From the sequence record NZ_CP019209.1: 64,000 nt of DNA; one strand, written 5' to 3'. This document shows, piece after piece, positions 1-9,193 of this stretch. A model generated the notes under the pieces. It saw nothing but the letters and a program-made list of their open reading frames with translations, ran no database searches and had not been told where the DNA came from. A program made the position numbers and the translations under genes. How positions within the stretch are numbered: position 1 is the stretch's first letter; each line of letters begins with the position of its first letter. Source of the DNA: a plasmid.

Positions 1-13
1 TTTTTTACCTAGT

Positions 14-700
14 TTGAATCCAGCTAATTGGTTTAAAACTTATCAAGAGGTTATTTCCCGGTTCAGTGTGGGAACTTATTTATTAAACAGTATTTTTTAT
101 GGTTTAACCTTTGCCTGTGGGTCAATCATTGTAAACTCTTTGGCGGGTTTTGCCTTTGCGAAGGTTAATTTTTCAGGCAAGAAAATTATCTTTGGAGCTT
201 TGTTAGCTCTGCTGATTGTCCCGATGGAGACGGTTTTAATTCCGCAATTTACCATCGTTAATTCACTAGGCTTAGTGAATACTCGCTTGGCAGTGATTTT
301 ACCAGCGATGGCCAGCGCGTTTAATATCTATCTGTTTAGAAATTTCTTTATCGCGATTCCAGAAGAAATCATTGAATCAGCGAAATTAGATGGTGCAAAT
401 ATTGTTAAAATTTTCTTTCACATCATGCTGCCAATGTCTAAACCAGCCATAGCCACAGTAGGTGTCTTATCCTTTATCTCCAGCTGGAATGATTATATTT
501 GGCCGTTAATGGTCTTAACTGACAGCAGCAAATTTTCAATGCAAGTGGCAATTACTACGATCAATACTACACAGCCAGTTTATATCAATCAAGTGATGGC
601 TGTTTTAACCATTGCAACGATTCCACTGATTATTGTTTATATCGTTGCACAAAAATATATTCTGCAGGGACTTGGCGGTTCTGGAACGGGTATAAAATAG
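14..700 (+). CDS. Carbohydrate ABC transporter permease (MalG/MsmG-like), 3' portion; ORF likely continues upstream of window
   Basis: Translation shows multi-TM permease with EAA-like loop (AKLDGANIVKIFFHIMLPMS); window starts inside gene; followed by GH32 and fructokinase genes. Confidence 0.8.
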   Translation: MNPANWFKTYQEVISRFSVGTYLLNSIFYGLTFACGSIIVNSLAGFAFAKVNFSGKKIIFGALLALLIVPMETVLIPQFTIVNSLGLVNTRLAVILPAMASAFNIYLFRNFFIAIPEEIIESAKLDGANIVKIFFHIMLPMSKPAIATVGVLSFISSWNDYIWPLMVLTDSSKFSMQVAITTINTTQPVYINQVMAVLTIATIPLIIVYIVAQKYILQGLGGSGTGIK

Positions 701-713
701 GAGTGAATAGTGA

Positions 714-2186
714 ATGTTGCAAAAACTTTTAAAGGCCAATGAGTTTATTGAGAAAAATGCTCAAACAGTCAATCAAGAATACCGGAATAAATTTCATTTG
801 ATGGCTCCGATTGGCTGGATGAATGATCCAAATGGTTTTGTTTATTATCAAGAGGAGTATCACTTGTTTTATCAATATTATCCTTACGACAGCATCTGGG
901 GACCAATGCATTGGGGCCATGCTAAAAGCAAGGATCTAATTCACTGGGAGCATTTGCCAGTAGCACTGGCACCAGGTGAAAGCTATGACAAGGAAGGCTG
1001 TTTTTCCGGCAGTGCCATAGAAAAGGATGGCAAGCTGTATTTGATTTATACAGGACACAATGTTGTGGAAGGGCAAGTTCGACAAGTTCAGTGTTTGGCA
1101 GTTTCAGAAGATGGCATTCACTTTGAAAAATATGCCGGAAATCCAATCATCGCAGAAGATCACTTAGCTTCTGTTGCAACGACCGAAGATTTCCGCGATC
1201 CCAAAGTGTTTCAGCGAAAAGAAGACTATTTTACTGTAGTCGCTACTAAAACTGCAGATGCTCGTGGACAAATTGTGATGTTCCATTCCAAAGATTTACT
1301 AACTTGGGAGTTTTATTCCGTATTGCTGGAGGGAACTCCAGAACAAGGCATTGTATGGGAATGCCCAGACTTGTTTGAACTAGATGGCAAAGAAGTCTTG
1401 ATTCTTTCTCCTATTCAAATGACTCCACAAGGCAATGCTTACCAAAATACGAACTCAACTGTTGCTTTCATCGGTACTGTCGATTGGCAAACAGGCAAAT
1501 TTCTAGTAGAGAATTTTCATGAAATCGATGGCGGTTTAGATTTTTATGCACCCCAGACCTGTGAAAACGAAGCAGGCCAAAGAATAATGATTGCTTGGAT
1601 GCAAATGTGGCAGCGTAAAATACCTACGAATGATCTGGGCCATGGTTGGTCAGGTTCCATGACCTTGCCTAGAGAGCTGAGGGTGGCTGATAATCAATTG
1701 TTGCAACGGCCAGTTTCATCAATTTATCAAGTAATTGATCCGCAGGAAAGGATTGAATGGGCGAAGACTGAAGAGAATCGCTTCTTACTGAAGGACTTAG
1801 TATATGACCAGCACTATTTACGCTTGGAAATCAATTTAAAACAGGCAACGAAACTAGAACTTCACTATGCGAAGGGACCCGACCATACATTACTGCTTAA
1901 CTATGATGTTGAACGGGAGTGCTTTACTGCTTCCAGGGAACACATGCCGTATGATTTATCAGGAGCTGAAAAGGAAGTGTTGAAAAAGCGCAGTGTGACG
2001 ATTCCTTTGGAAAATAATTGTCTAACCATCGAAATTTTCCGTGATACTTCAGCTATTGAGCTTTTTCTAAATGATCGTCTGACTATGAGTACAACTTTTT
2101 ATGAGACAGAAAAAGGACAGGATTTTCTTTTGCTGGCAGACAGTGAAGTAACCTTTTCATTGGAAAGCGGCTTAATTAATCTATAG
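714..2186 (+). CDS. Glycoside hydrolase family 32 sucrose-6-phosphate hydrolase / beta-fructofuranosidase
   Basis: GH32 motifs in translation: WMNDPNG (catalytic Asp block), FRDPKV, WECPD; 490 aa; RBS upstream. Confidence 0.9.
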   Translation: MLQKLLKANEFIEKNAQTVNQEYRNKFHLMAPIGWMNDPNGFVYYQEEYHLFYQYYPYDSIWGPMHWGHAKSKDLIHWEHLPVALAPGESYDKEGCFSGSAIEKDGKLYLIYTGHNVVEGQVRQVQCLAVSEDGIHFEKYAGNPIIAEDHLASVATTEDFRDPKVFQRKEDYFTVVATKTADARGQIVMFHSKDLLTWEFYSVLLEGTPEQGIVWECPDLFELDGKEVLILSPIQMTPQGNAYQNTNSTVAFIGTVDWQTGKFLVENFHEIDGGLDFYAPQTCENEAGQRIMIAWMQMWQRKIPTNDLGHGWSGSMTLPRELRVADNQLLQRPVSSIYQVIDPQERIEWAKTEENRFLLKDLVYDQHYLRLEINLKQATKLELHYAKGPDHTLLLNYDVERECFTASREHMPYDLSGAEKEVLKKRSVTIPLENNCLTIEIFRDTSAIELFLNDRLTMSTTFYETEKGQDFLLLADSEVTFSLESGLINL

Positions 2187-2199
2187 AAGGGAGAGCTCA

Positions 2200-3075
2200 G
2201 TGATGATTTATGGTTCAATCGAAGCAGGCGGCACAAAATTTGTGTGTGCCATTAGCGATGAAGAAATGACGATCAAGGAAAGAGTGAGCTTTCCGACAAC
2301 GACACCTGAGGAAACAATACCTTTAGTCATTGACTTCTTCAAACAATACCAAGCAGATTTAGCAGGGATTGGGATTGGCTCATTTGGGCCTATCGATATC
2401 CATCGCGATTCCGCCACTTATGGGTACATTACCTCGACCCCGAAAGTGGCATGGCAAAATTTTGATTTCATCGGTACCATGAAAAAAGAATTTCCGATCC
2501 CGATTTCTTGGACAACAGATGTCAATGCGGCTGCCTATGGTGAGTATGTCTTCGGCAGTGGCAAAGGATTGAGCAGTGTCGTTTACTATACGATCGGTAC
2601 GGGTGTTGGCGGCGGTGCCTTACAAGAAGGGCGCTTTATCGAAGGGTTTAGTCATCCAGAAATGGGGCATATGCTCGTCGTCCCTCATCCAAAAGATGAC
2701 TTTGCTGGCAGCTGTCCATTTCATGGCAACTGTTTAGAAGGGATGGCCGCTGGACCCGCCATCGAAAAACGCTTAGGGAAAAAAGGACAAGAGGTTGCAG
2801 AAGATGATCCTTATTGGGAAATCGAAGCCTCCTATATTGCTCAATGTGCCTACAATACAACCTTGATGTTTTCTCCAGATGTGATCATTTTTGGCGGTGG
2901 TGTGATGAAACAACGCCATATGCTGCAAAACGTCCACGACGCATTTGCAAAATTGGTCAATGGGTATGTCGAAACACCTGAGTTAAGCAAATATATCGTG
3001 ACCCCAGCATTAGAAGACAACGCTGGAACGCTCGGTTGTTTGGCATTGGCTCGAGAAGCGGTCTTACATTCATAA
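2200..3075 (+). CDS. scrK: ROK-family fructokinase
   Basis: ROK signature with zinc-binding CPFHGNCLEG, glycine-rich N-terminus GGTKF; immediately downstream of GH32 gene. Confidence 0.85.
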   Translation: MMIYGSIEAGGTKFVCAISDEEMTIKERVSFPTTTPEETIPLVIDFFKQYQADLAGIGIGSFGPIDIHRDSATYGYITSTPKVAWQNFDFIGTMKKEFPIPISWTTDVNAAAYGEYVFGSGKGLSSVVYYTIGTGVGGGALQEGRFIEGFSHPEMGHMLVVPHPKDDFAGSCPFHGNCLEGMAAGPAIEKRLGKKGQEVAEDDPYWEIEASYIAQCAYNTTLMFSPDVIIFGGGVMKQRHMLQNVHDAFAKLVNGYVETPELSKYIVTPALEDNAGTLGCLALAREAVLHS

Positions 3076-3310
3076 ACGAAAAAAGGCTCTTCGACATTTA
3101 GTGTTGGTAGAGAAAGATACAACTGAAAATTTAGTCATAACCAGTTAGGCAGAGTGCTTAACTGGTTTTTGTTTTACTTGGAAGATCAAGCCTTGAATGA
3201 GATAAGTTCTTGCTCGAAAGTTATGGAAATTTCGATAGCCGTAGGCTACTTGTATTGTGCAATAGTTTTTTACAAAAAAAAGGGGGTGCGGATATTTTTT
3301 TTGGACCTTT

Positions 3311-3936
3311 TTAACAAATATATCTTTGCTTCTTCCGATATTGAAGAGGGCTTAGCCTTCCTAAAGATAACTTAATTCGTTGATTATTATACCAATGAAT
3401 ATAATCATCCAATTTGTTTATAAACTGATTGATTGTTGTATTCTTCCAGTCACGTTGATAAAACATCTCGTTTTTTAATCGTCCAAAGAAACCTTCGCAC
3501 GCTGAATTATCTGGTGAATAACTCTTTTTAGACATAGAGTGAAGCAAGTTGGCTTTGTTCCAATAGTCCAACTAACAATAGCACCATCGTAACAATCGAC
3601 AAGTGGTGATAAGTAGATTTTCCCTGCGAGAATTCTAAATTCAGTAATATCTGTTAACCATTTTTCATTTGGCTTCTTTGCTTTAAAATTCCGATTTAAT
3701 AAATTGGGGTGTGCAGGAGAAATTTCCCCAGCATACGAAGAATACTTTTTTCGTCTAGAAAATTTAACAAATAGATTTTCCTCAGTCATCAATCTACGTA
3801 CAACTTTTTCAGAAAGCTTTTTACCCATATTTTTTAAAGCTTGGTGAATTCTACGGTAACCATACGCACAGAAGTTATGATTGAAAATCGTGATAATTAA
3901 TTTGACGTTCTTTGTAATACTTATCTGGTTTCTCAA
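3311..3936 (-). pseudogene. IS3-family transposase OrfB (DDE integrase core), disrupted by frameshift between 3475..3571
   Basis: Two overlapping ORFs in different frames (153 aa with WLTDITEF block; 86 aa with DNSACEGFFGRLKNE C-terminal block). Confidence 0.65.
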
Positions 3937-4693
3937 GTGCTTGTTTTTGATAAAAATAGCTGCTTTTAGGAAACTGGAGCTGTTGAAGAAGCTCTTTCAA
4001 GGTGAACTGATTTCGTAAGGCATCAATCAATATCGTTTTTTCTTGATTTGATAGACAAAGAAGATTGACGCCTTTTTCTTTTTTTAGCAGTTCAGCCGCT
4101 CCTTCGAGTAATGCTTTTTCGAGCTGTAATTGGTGTACTTGTTTTTGTAAGTCTTCTACTTCCTTTAAAAGTAGCTCTTTTTGTTTTTCCTGATTTTTTA
4201 AAGTCATACACAATGGAAAATCCTTTCCAAGAACCGTGTTTTTCCATTGATATAGAGTAACTCTACTAATTCCTCCAGATTCGGCTAAATTTTTCCTATT
4301 AGTTTGCGGTTTATAGAATTTTTTCAACACAGCTTCTTTTTGATCTTGTGTTAACTTTACCGCACTTTTTCGGAGTTTTCTAGCTCCTGGTGCAAGTTCT
4401 TCACACCGCTGCCGCAAGGACTCTCTATTAGGATAACCAAGCATGCGAATGGTTCGTGCATAACATTGACCATATTCAAAATAATGATTCACCGCTATTC
4501 GTTTTTGTTCTTCAGAATACTTTGATTTTTTTCGGTGCTCCTGATGGAGCTCTCCGGATTCCAAATACTCTTTATACCATTTCCGTAGTGCACCAATCGA
4601 CGGATACCCTAATTCTCGAATGGTTGCAGCATAAGAGCAATCGTATTTTAAAAATAACTGAATTGCCCTTACACGCTCTTTGTGGGAAAACAC
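3875..4693 (-). CDS. IS3-family transposase OrfA (DNA-binding, 272 aa)
   Basis: Two HTH-like segments, coiled-coil LQKQVHQLQLEKALL; directly upstream of DDE orfB. Confidence 0.75.
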   Translation of the reverse strand: MFSHKERVRAIQLFLKYDCSYAATIRELGYPSIGALRKWYKEYLESGELHQEHRKKSKYSEEQKRIAVNHYFEYGQCYARTIRMLGYPNRESLRQRCEELAPGARKLRKSAVKLTQDQKEAVLKKFYKPQTNRKNLAESGGISRVTLYQWKNTVLGKDFPLCMTLKNQEKQKELLLKEVEDLQKQVHQLQLEKALLEGAAELLKKEKGVNLLCLSNQEKTILIDALRNQFTLKELLQQLQFPKSSYFYQKQALEKPDKYYKERQINYHDFQS

Positions 4694-5154
4694 ACGGACA
4701 TTCCTCCTAAGTTTATTTTTTCGTCCAGGATTATGTCCGCACCCCCTTGCTTTCTGATGACTTATTCTGGTTCTTTGAGTGTCAATGCATAGATGTGATG
4801 TAGCTAGTTAGAAAAAAATTTTGAATACTCTTTTTTTCTTTCAGACTCCTTTTTAAGTAAGATTTTGAAGTGTGAGTTACGGGGTCAGAAACTTAAAAGT
4901 TTTTGATCCTTTATTTTCAAGTCTGATTTGGCAGCTTTTCGGCAGCTCATTTATTTATGGTCAGAAATAGATGCTGAAATTTTAATCTATTAGCAAATAG
5001 TCCAGAACGTATGAAGAGGAGTCGGATATCATTTGTCATTAACACCATAAATATTTATAAAATTCGTGTTCACCTACAATTAAATTTAATATATAATATT
5101 CGTTGTAAGGGCTTATAATTTTTTGTTAATGAACAAGATAGGAAGAAACATTTA

Positions 5155-5437
5155 ATGGACAGTTTTCAGAGATTGTCACTAGTAAATCAATTTGAGTTAT
5201 TGGCTAAATTTGAGGACCAAAACAGATCTTATTATGAAAGAAAAATCGAAATATTGAGAGAAGGTTACGAGTATCATTATGATGATGAAATTTGGAGTGA
5301 TCTTTCTGAGCCATTTCCGAAAGAAGATTCTCGATTTGTATTAGATGTATTGAACATGTATCGAGATATCAATTTTAGTAAATCAAAGCTAAACTTAGAT
5401 GAAAACCAAATTACTAATTCATACTATACTCATTTCG
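5155..5437 (+). pseudogene. YfbU-family (UPF0304) protein gene, 3' end truncated by IS6-family insertion
   Basis: Translation LVNQFELLAKF...ILREGYEYHY...VLDVLNMYRDI resembles YfbU N-terminal domain; ORF reads into IS6 inverted repeat GGTTCTGTTGCAAAGTTT at 5438. Confidence 0.55.
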
Positions 5438-6245
5438 GTTCTGTTGCAAAGTTTTCCAAAAAATCTATTTTAGTGTAAAATTGAGAAAAAAGACAGAGAG
5501 GACAGAGTAATGAATCATTTTAAAGGCAAACAATTCAAAAAAGACGTCATTATTGTCGCTGTTGGTTACTACCTGCGTTACAATCTAAGCTATCGTGAAG
5601 TTCAGGAATTGTGATATGATCGTGGAATAAATGTTTGTCATACTACGATTTATCGTTGGGTACAAGAGTACAGCAAAGTCCTCTATTATCTTTGGAAGAA
5701 GAAAAATAGACAATCCTTCTATTCATGGAAAATGGACGAAACCTATATCAAAATTAAGGGACGTTGGCATTATCTTTATCGTGCAATTGATGCGGACGGC
5801 TTAACCTTAGATATCTGGTTACGAAAGAAACGGGACACACAAGCAGCCTATGCTTTTCTTAAGCGGTTAGTGAAGCAGTTTGATGAACCGAAGGTTGTAG
5901 TCACAGATAAAGCCCCCTCTATTACAAGTGCCTTTAAGAAACTAAAAGAATACGGCTTTTATCAAGGGACAGAACATCGTACCATTAAATACCTGAATAA
6001 TTTGATTGAACAAGACCATCGTCCAGTAAAGAGACGCAATAAATTCTATCGAAGTTTACGCACTGCCTCTACCACGATTAAAGGCATGGAAGCCATTCGA
6101 GGATTATATAAGAAAACCCGAAAAGAAGGCACTCTCTTCGGGTTTTCGGTCTGTACTGAAATCAAGGTATTATTGGGAATCCCAGCTTAAATCATAGATA
6201 CCGTAAGGGATTTTATTCTTTATTTAAAACTTTGCAACAGAACCC
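5438..6245 (+). mobile_element. IS6-family element, hybrid (5' half identical to ISS1-like copy at 9194, 3' half identical to IS1216 copy at 30446); transposase has premature stop
   Basis: Terminal IRs GGTTCTGTTGCAAAGTTT at both ends; TGA at 5612-5614 where copy 2 has TTA; nucleotide identity switches partner near 5822-5835. Confidence 0.85.
5510..6190 (+). pseudogene. IS6-family transposase with in-frame TGA nonsense codon (5612-5614)
   Basis: MNHFKGKQFKKDVIIVAVGYYLRYNLSYREVQEL then stop; remaining ORF 5732..6190 encodes C-terminal DDE part. Confidence 0.85.
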
Positions 6246-6258
6246 ATTACGAGTCACA

Positions 6259-6313
6259 GTAATTACTTGTAAATACATTATCTCGTGGTATAATGTATTT
6301 ACTAAGTAATTAC
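6259..6313. promoter_or_regulatory. Near-perfect 23-bp inverted repeat (spacer 8 bp) overlapping a TATAAT -10 box; putative autoregulatory operator/promoter of TA operon
   Basis: GTAATTACTTGTAAATACATTAT ... ATAATGTATTTACTAAGTAATTAC; ends ~25 bp before antitoxin start. Confidence 0.6.
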
Positions 6314-6338
6314 ATACTGTTAGAAATGAGGGATTTAA

Positions 6339-6668
6339 ATGATTACAAAAACAAGAAAACAAGGCAATTCAATCATGTTGACAGTACCTAAAGATTTTAA
6401 TGTTCCTAATGGAGTCGAAGTTGAAGCAAAGTTGGTAGAGAATGGTATTCTTTATGAATTTGTTGAACCACAAAAAGAATTTTATGATTTTAGCGAAGAT
6501 ATTTTGTCTGATATAATTGCAGAAGGCTACGATAAAGATGAGATTCTTGTAGAATTTAAGAATAGAAAAAACAAAATGCATTCTTCCTTTAGAGATATTG
6601 CTGAAGATACACTTACTAATTCTAAAGTAATGACTAAAGAGGAGTTGGCAACAGAAATTGGCTTATGA
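6339..6668 (+). CDS. Type II antitoxin, AbrB/MazE (SpoVT-AbrB) fold
   Basis: N-terminal QGNSIMLTVPKDF swapped-hairpin motif; overlaps downstream RelE/ParE-like toxin ORF. Confidence 0.65.
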   Translation: MITKTRKQGNSIMLTVPKDFNVPNGVEVEAKLVENGILYEFVEPQKEFYDFSEDILSDIIAEGYDKDEILVEFKNRKNKMHSSFRDIAEDTLTNSKVMTKEELATEIGL

Positions 6669-6944
6669 AATCGTTCCTTCAAAACATGTCATTAAGTATT
6701 TAAAAAGCTAAAAGAGAAGCCATTGAAAGAAAAATTTTTGAATTTAATTTATGATGAAATTGCGATTGATCCATATAAGGGTGAACAAAAAACTGGGGAT
6801 TTATCAGGTATTTGGTCTAGTGGGTTCAAATATGCGGGCACAACATATAGAGTAGCTTACGAGATTATAGAAAACAAGGTTATTCCAGTATTGTTATGTG
6901 GAACGCATGAAAACTTTTATGAACAGTTGAAAAAATTAATCTAG
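6658..6944 (+). pseudogene. RelE/ParE-family toxin, frameshifted in A5 run (6702-6706)
   Basis: TTG start overlapping antitoxin stop gives MAYEIVPSKHVIKYLKS*; a different frame continues KEKPLKEKFLNLIYDEIAIDPYKGE...YRVAYEIIENKVIPVLLCGTHENFY (RelE/ParE C-terminal signature). One extra A would restore a ~95-aa toxin. Confidence 0.65.
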
Positions 6945-7106
6945 TGATTTGTTGTCGTTCTTAAGAAGGACGGCTTCTTTTTTATCGAAAATCTGATTCG
7001 TCTACATGACTAAAGTCGCGAGTATTCTCTGCTTCTCGATAAATTAAATAACGTCATTACTTTGAGGAAAGCTATAAATCAATATATTTCAGCTTTTCCT
7101 TATTTA

Positions 7107-7189
7107 TGTACTACCTTTTACTTATTAATTATAAGGTAGTACATATATATCTTTTTTTTGGTAGTAACTAAAAATAAATATGTTATAAT
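7107..7189 (+). promoter_or_regulatory. parA promoter region: 11-bp perfect inverted repeat TGTACTACCTT/AAGGTAGTACA plus third half-site GGTAGTAAC, extended -10 TGTTATAAT (7181-7189)
   Basis: Read directly from sequence; located 40-120 bp upstream of parA start. Confidence 0.55.
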
Positions 7190-7229
7190 AGTATCAAATG
7201 AATATTGCTAAAAGAAAAGAGGTAGGAAC

Positions 7230-8087
7230 GTGGTAGCGAAGAAATATGTAATCGGTAATTTTAAAGGTGGCGTAGGTAAAAGTACGTGCGCGCAAATGTT
7301 AGGGTTTGAATCAGCAGTTAATGAAGGAAAAAGAACCTTGATAATTGACTTGGATATGCAAGGAAATACTTCTGATGTGATGAACTTAACGCATATGAAC
7401 TTCACTAACGAAGAAGGAGGCGGAGAAGGTGAACCGATTGTTTACGAAAATACTGTGACTGACGTGTTGATAAACAATCTTCCACCTAAAGAGGCTGTCT
7501 ATAAAGTAATCAATAACCTCTATATACTTCCAGCAGACATGTCCTTTGAAATGTATGATGATTGGATCAAAGACCAATATAATGATTCATTATCCCAATT
7601 CAAATATATGAAAGAAAAGCTAGAACCATTATTTGATGAGTTTGACGTCATCTATTTAGATGTCCCACCTTCTATTTCTGTATATAGTAAATCCGCGATG
7701 TACATTGCGGATTGGGCAATCGTCGTCTTACAGACCCAAGTAAAATCGATGAGAAATGCGATGCAATATCTTGAGTATATGGACTTTTTTGTGAAAGAAT
7801 TTGATACAAATTTATATGTTGCTGGTGTTATTCCTTTCATGTTGGAAAGCGGTGACGCAGTAGATCAGGAAATGTATAAACAAGCCCAAGAGATTTATGG
7901 GGAACATTTGATTAAAAATGTTGTACTCAAAAATGCGCGCTTAAAACGATACGACGGATCAGGTATTACGATGGAGAAGACAAAGAAAGGTCTCTTAAAA
8001 CAATGGGATCGCAAAAGCCACGAATTATTTATCAGTATTTTGAAAGAATTGGAAGAACACGAGAATTGGTATGCGGAGGTGGAGTAA
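7230..8087 (+). CDS. parA: ParA/Soj-family partition ATPase
   Basis: Deviant Walker A KGGVGKST near N-terminus; 285 aa; GTG start. Confidence 0.85.
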   Translation: MVAKKYVIGNFKGGVGKSTCAQMLGFESAVNEGKRTLIIDLDMQGNTSDVMNLTHMNFTNEEGGGEGEPIVYENTVTDVLINNLPPKEAVYKVINNLYILPADMSFEMYDDWIKDQYNDSLSQFKYMKEKLEPLFDEFDVIYLDVPPSISVYSKSAMYIADWAIVVLQTQVKSMRNAMQYLEYMDFFVKEFDTNLYVAGVIPFMLESGDAVDQEMYKQAQEIYGEHLIKNVVLKNARLKRYDGSGITMEKTKKGLLKQWDRKSHELFISILKELEEHENWYAEVE

Positions 8088-8636
8088 TTGGCTGACATCA
8101 AAGGACTTGATATTTTTGGGAACAACAAAGGACTCGCCAAAATAAAAAAAGAAGCAGAAGCAAAGAAAAAGCAGCAAGCAATTACACCATCTGAAAATAA
8201 GCAATTAGAAGTGCACCAAGTTCAAGAAATAAAAACTTCCTCCAATGTTGAAAGACAGAGTAGAGGAAGAACAAAAAAAGTTGGCGCACCAATCAGAAAG
8301 TTTGATAAGGTTTATTCCACCAAGCATCCTTTAAAACTGTCGACTTTGTTAAATGCGACTTCCAGAGTTTTAGTAGAAAAGTATGAGACTAATATGACAA
8401 GAGATGAATTGCTTAGAAAAGCTTTAGATGAGTATATTAAACAGAATCTTACGCAAGAAGATAAGCAAGATTTGTTTAATGACGTGGTGAAAGAACTAGA
8501 CTTGTTCAGAGAAAAATATCCAATTGTTCCAGAATTAGATGATCGTGGAGAAATAATAAGAACTACCAGTCAGATAAAACAAGATACCGAAGACTCACTG
8601 CGCAAAGGGTGGGGAATGAATAATAAAGTTAGATAA
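8088..8636 (+). CDS. Putative partition adaptor/centromere-binding protein (parB-like second gene of par operon), lysine-rich
   Basis: Immediately follows parA with no gap; charged 182-aa protein, no recognisable catalytic motif. Confidence 0.45.
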   Translation: MADIKGLDIFGNNKGLAKIKKEAEAKKKQQAITPSENKQLEVHQVQEIKTSSNVERQSRGRTKKVGAPIRKFDKVYSTKHPLKLSTLLNATSRVLVEKYETNMTRDELLRKALDEYIKQNLTQEDKQDLFNDVVKELDLFREKYPIVPELDDRGEIIRTTSQIKQDTEDSLRKGWGMNNKVR

Positions 8637-8640
8637 TAAT

Positions 8641-8693
8641 CAAAGAAGAACTAAGTAACTACCTTTAAACGGTAGTTACTTAGTTCTTCTTTG
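8641..8693. terminator. Perfect 23-bp inverted repeat with 7-nt loop (CAAAGAAGAACTAAGTAACTACC TTTAAAC GGTAGTTACTTAGTTCTTCTTTG); bidirectional terminator and/or par site
   Basis: Read directly; contains GGTAGTTAC motif related to parA upstream half-sites. Confidence 0.6.
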
Positions 8694-8895
8694 ATTTGCA
8701 TGAAATAGAGGGGATTTATTTTTCTGGTTACGTGATTAAAAAATCCAAAAAATGAGCATAGGAACGGTTATGATTTTAGGGTGTGTTTTAATGAGATATT
8801 GTGATTTCATTAACAAGTGTATGATAATCTGTTGTTGAGTTAGTAAATAAGTAATAGAGCTAACTCTAAAATAAAACTATTAGGAGGAGATGTAG

Positions 8896-9193
8896 GTGAA
8901 AAAGTTTAAAAAGAAAATATATTTAGGATTGGTTGTTGGGGTGAGTATGTTTGGGTTCATGGCTCATACTAAACAAGTAACTGCAGATACTAACCAAAAA
9001 GAAAGGATTATGAGCCAATTAGATGACTCTCAAATAAGTATGTACCCAATGAGCTAATTGTCAGTTTAAAGGCTACACAAAGAATTTCAACAGAGAAAAA
9101 TAAACCGCAAAATTTATTGGGTGTAAAAGTTATGGTGGAAAAAGATTTGACTCTTAGGACAAATGAAAGCGATTGTAATAAGCGAGATCAAGG
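8896..9193 (+). pseudogene. Secreted protein gene fragment (signal peptide MKKFKKKIYLGLVVGVSMFGFMA), frameshifted near 9040 and truncated by ISS1-like insertion
   Basis: GTG start with RBS GGAGGAG; stop at 9055 but a shifted frame continues VPNELIVSLKATQRISTEKN... up to IS inverted repeat at 9194. Confidence 0.4.

Larger units (their letters stand above)
3262..4752 (-). mobile_element. IS3-family insertion sequence (long orfA plus frameshifted orfB), boundaries approximate
   Basis: orfA 3875..4693 (HTH x2 + leucine zipper) and orfB DDE core split over 3475..3936 and 3311..3571; short imperfect IR TCCGCACCCCCTT at 3280-3294 and 4736-4750. Confidence 0.7.

Noticed and set aside
729-1146. Antisense ORFs 729..920 and 922..1146 inside the GH32 gene
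   Set aside because: Fully embedded opposite a well-supported gene, with no RBS and low-complexity translations. The same applies to 2208..2417, 2648..3122, 13675..13965, 15166..15448, 21417..22004, 22647..22895, 24386..24601, 26596..26955, 27534..27785, 29254..29693, 33776..34063, 35697..35978, 36784..37065, 37867..38112, 38630..38863, 40184..40372, 41819..42408, 45550..45750, 53680..53928, 56525..56779 and 62461..62652.
3154-3375. 73-aa ORF between scrK and the IS3 element
   Set aside because: It spans the IS3 terminal region, has no RBS and is AT-rich. It is treated as non-coding IS-end and intergenic sequence.
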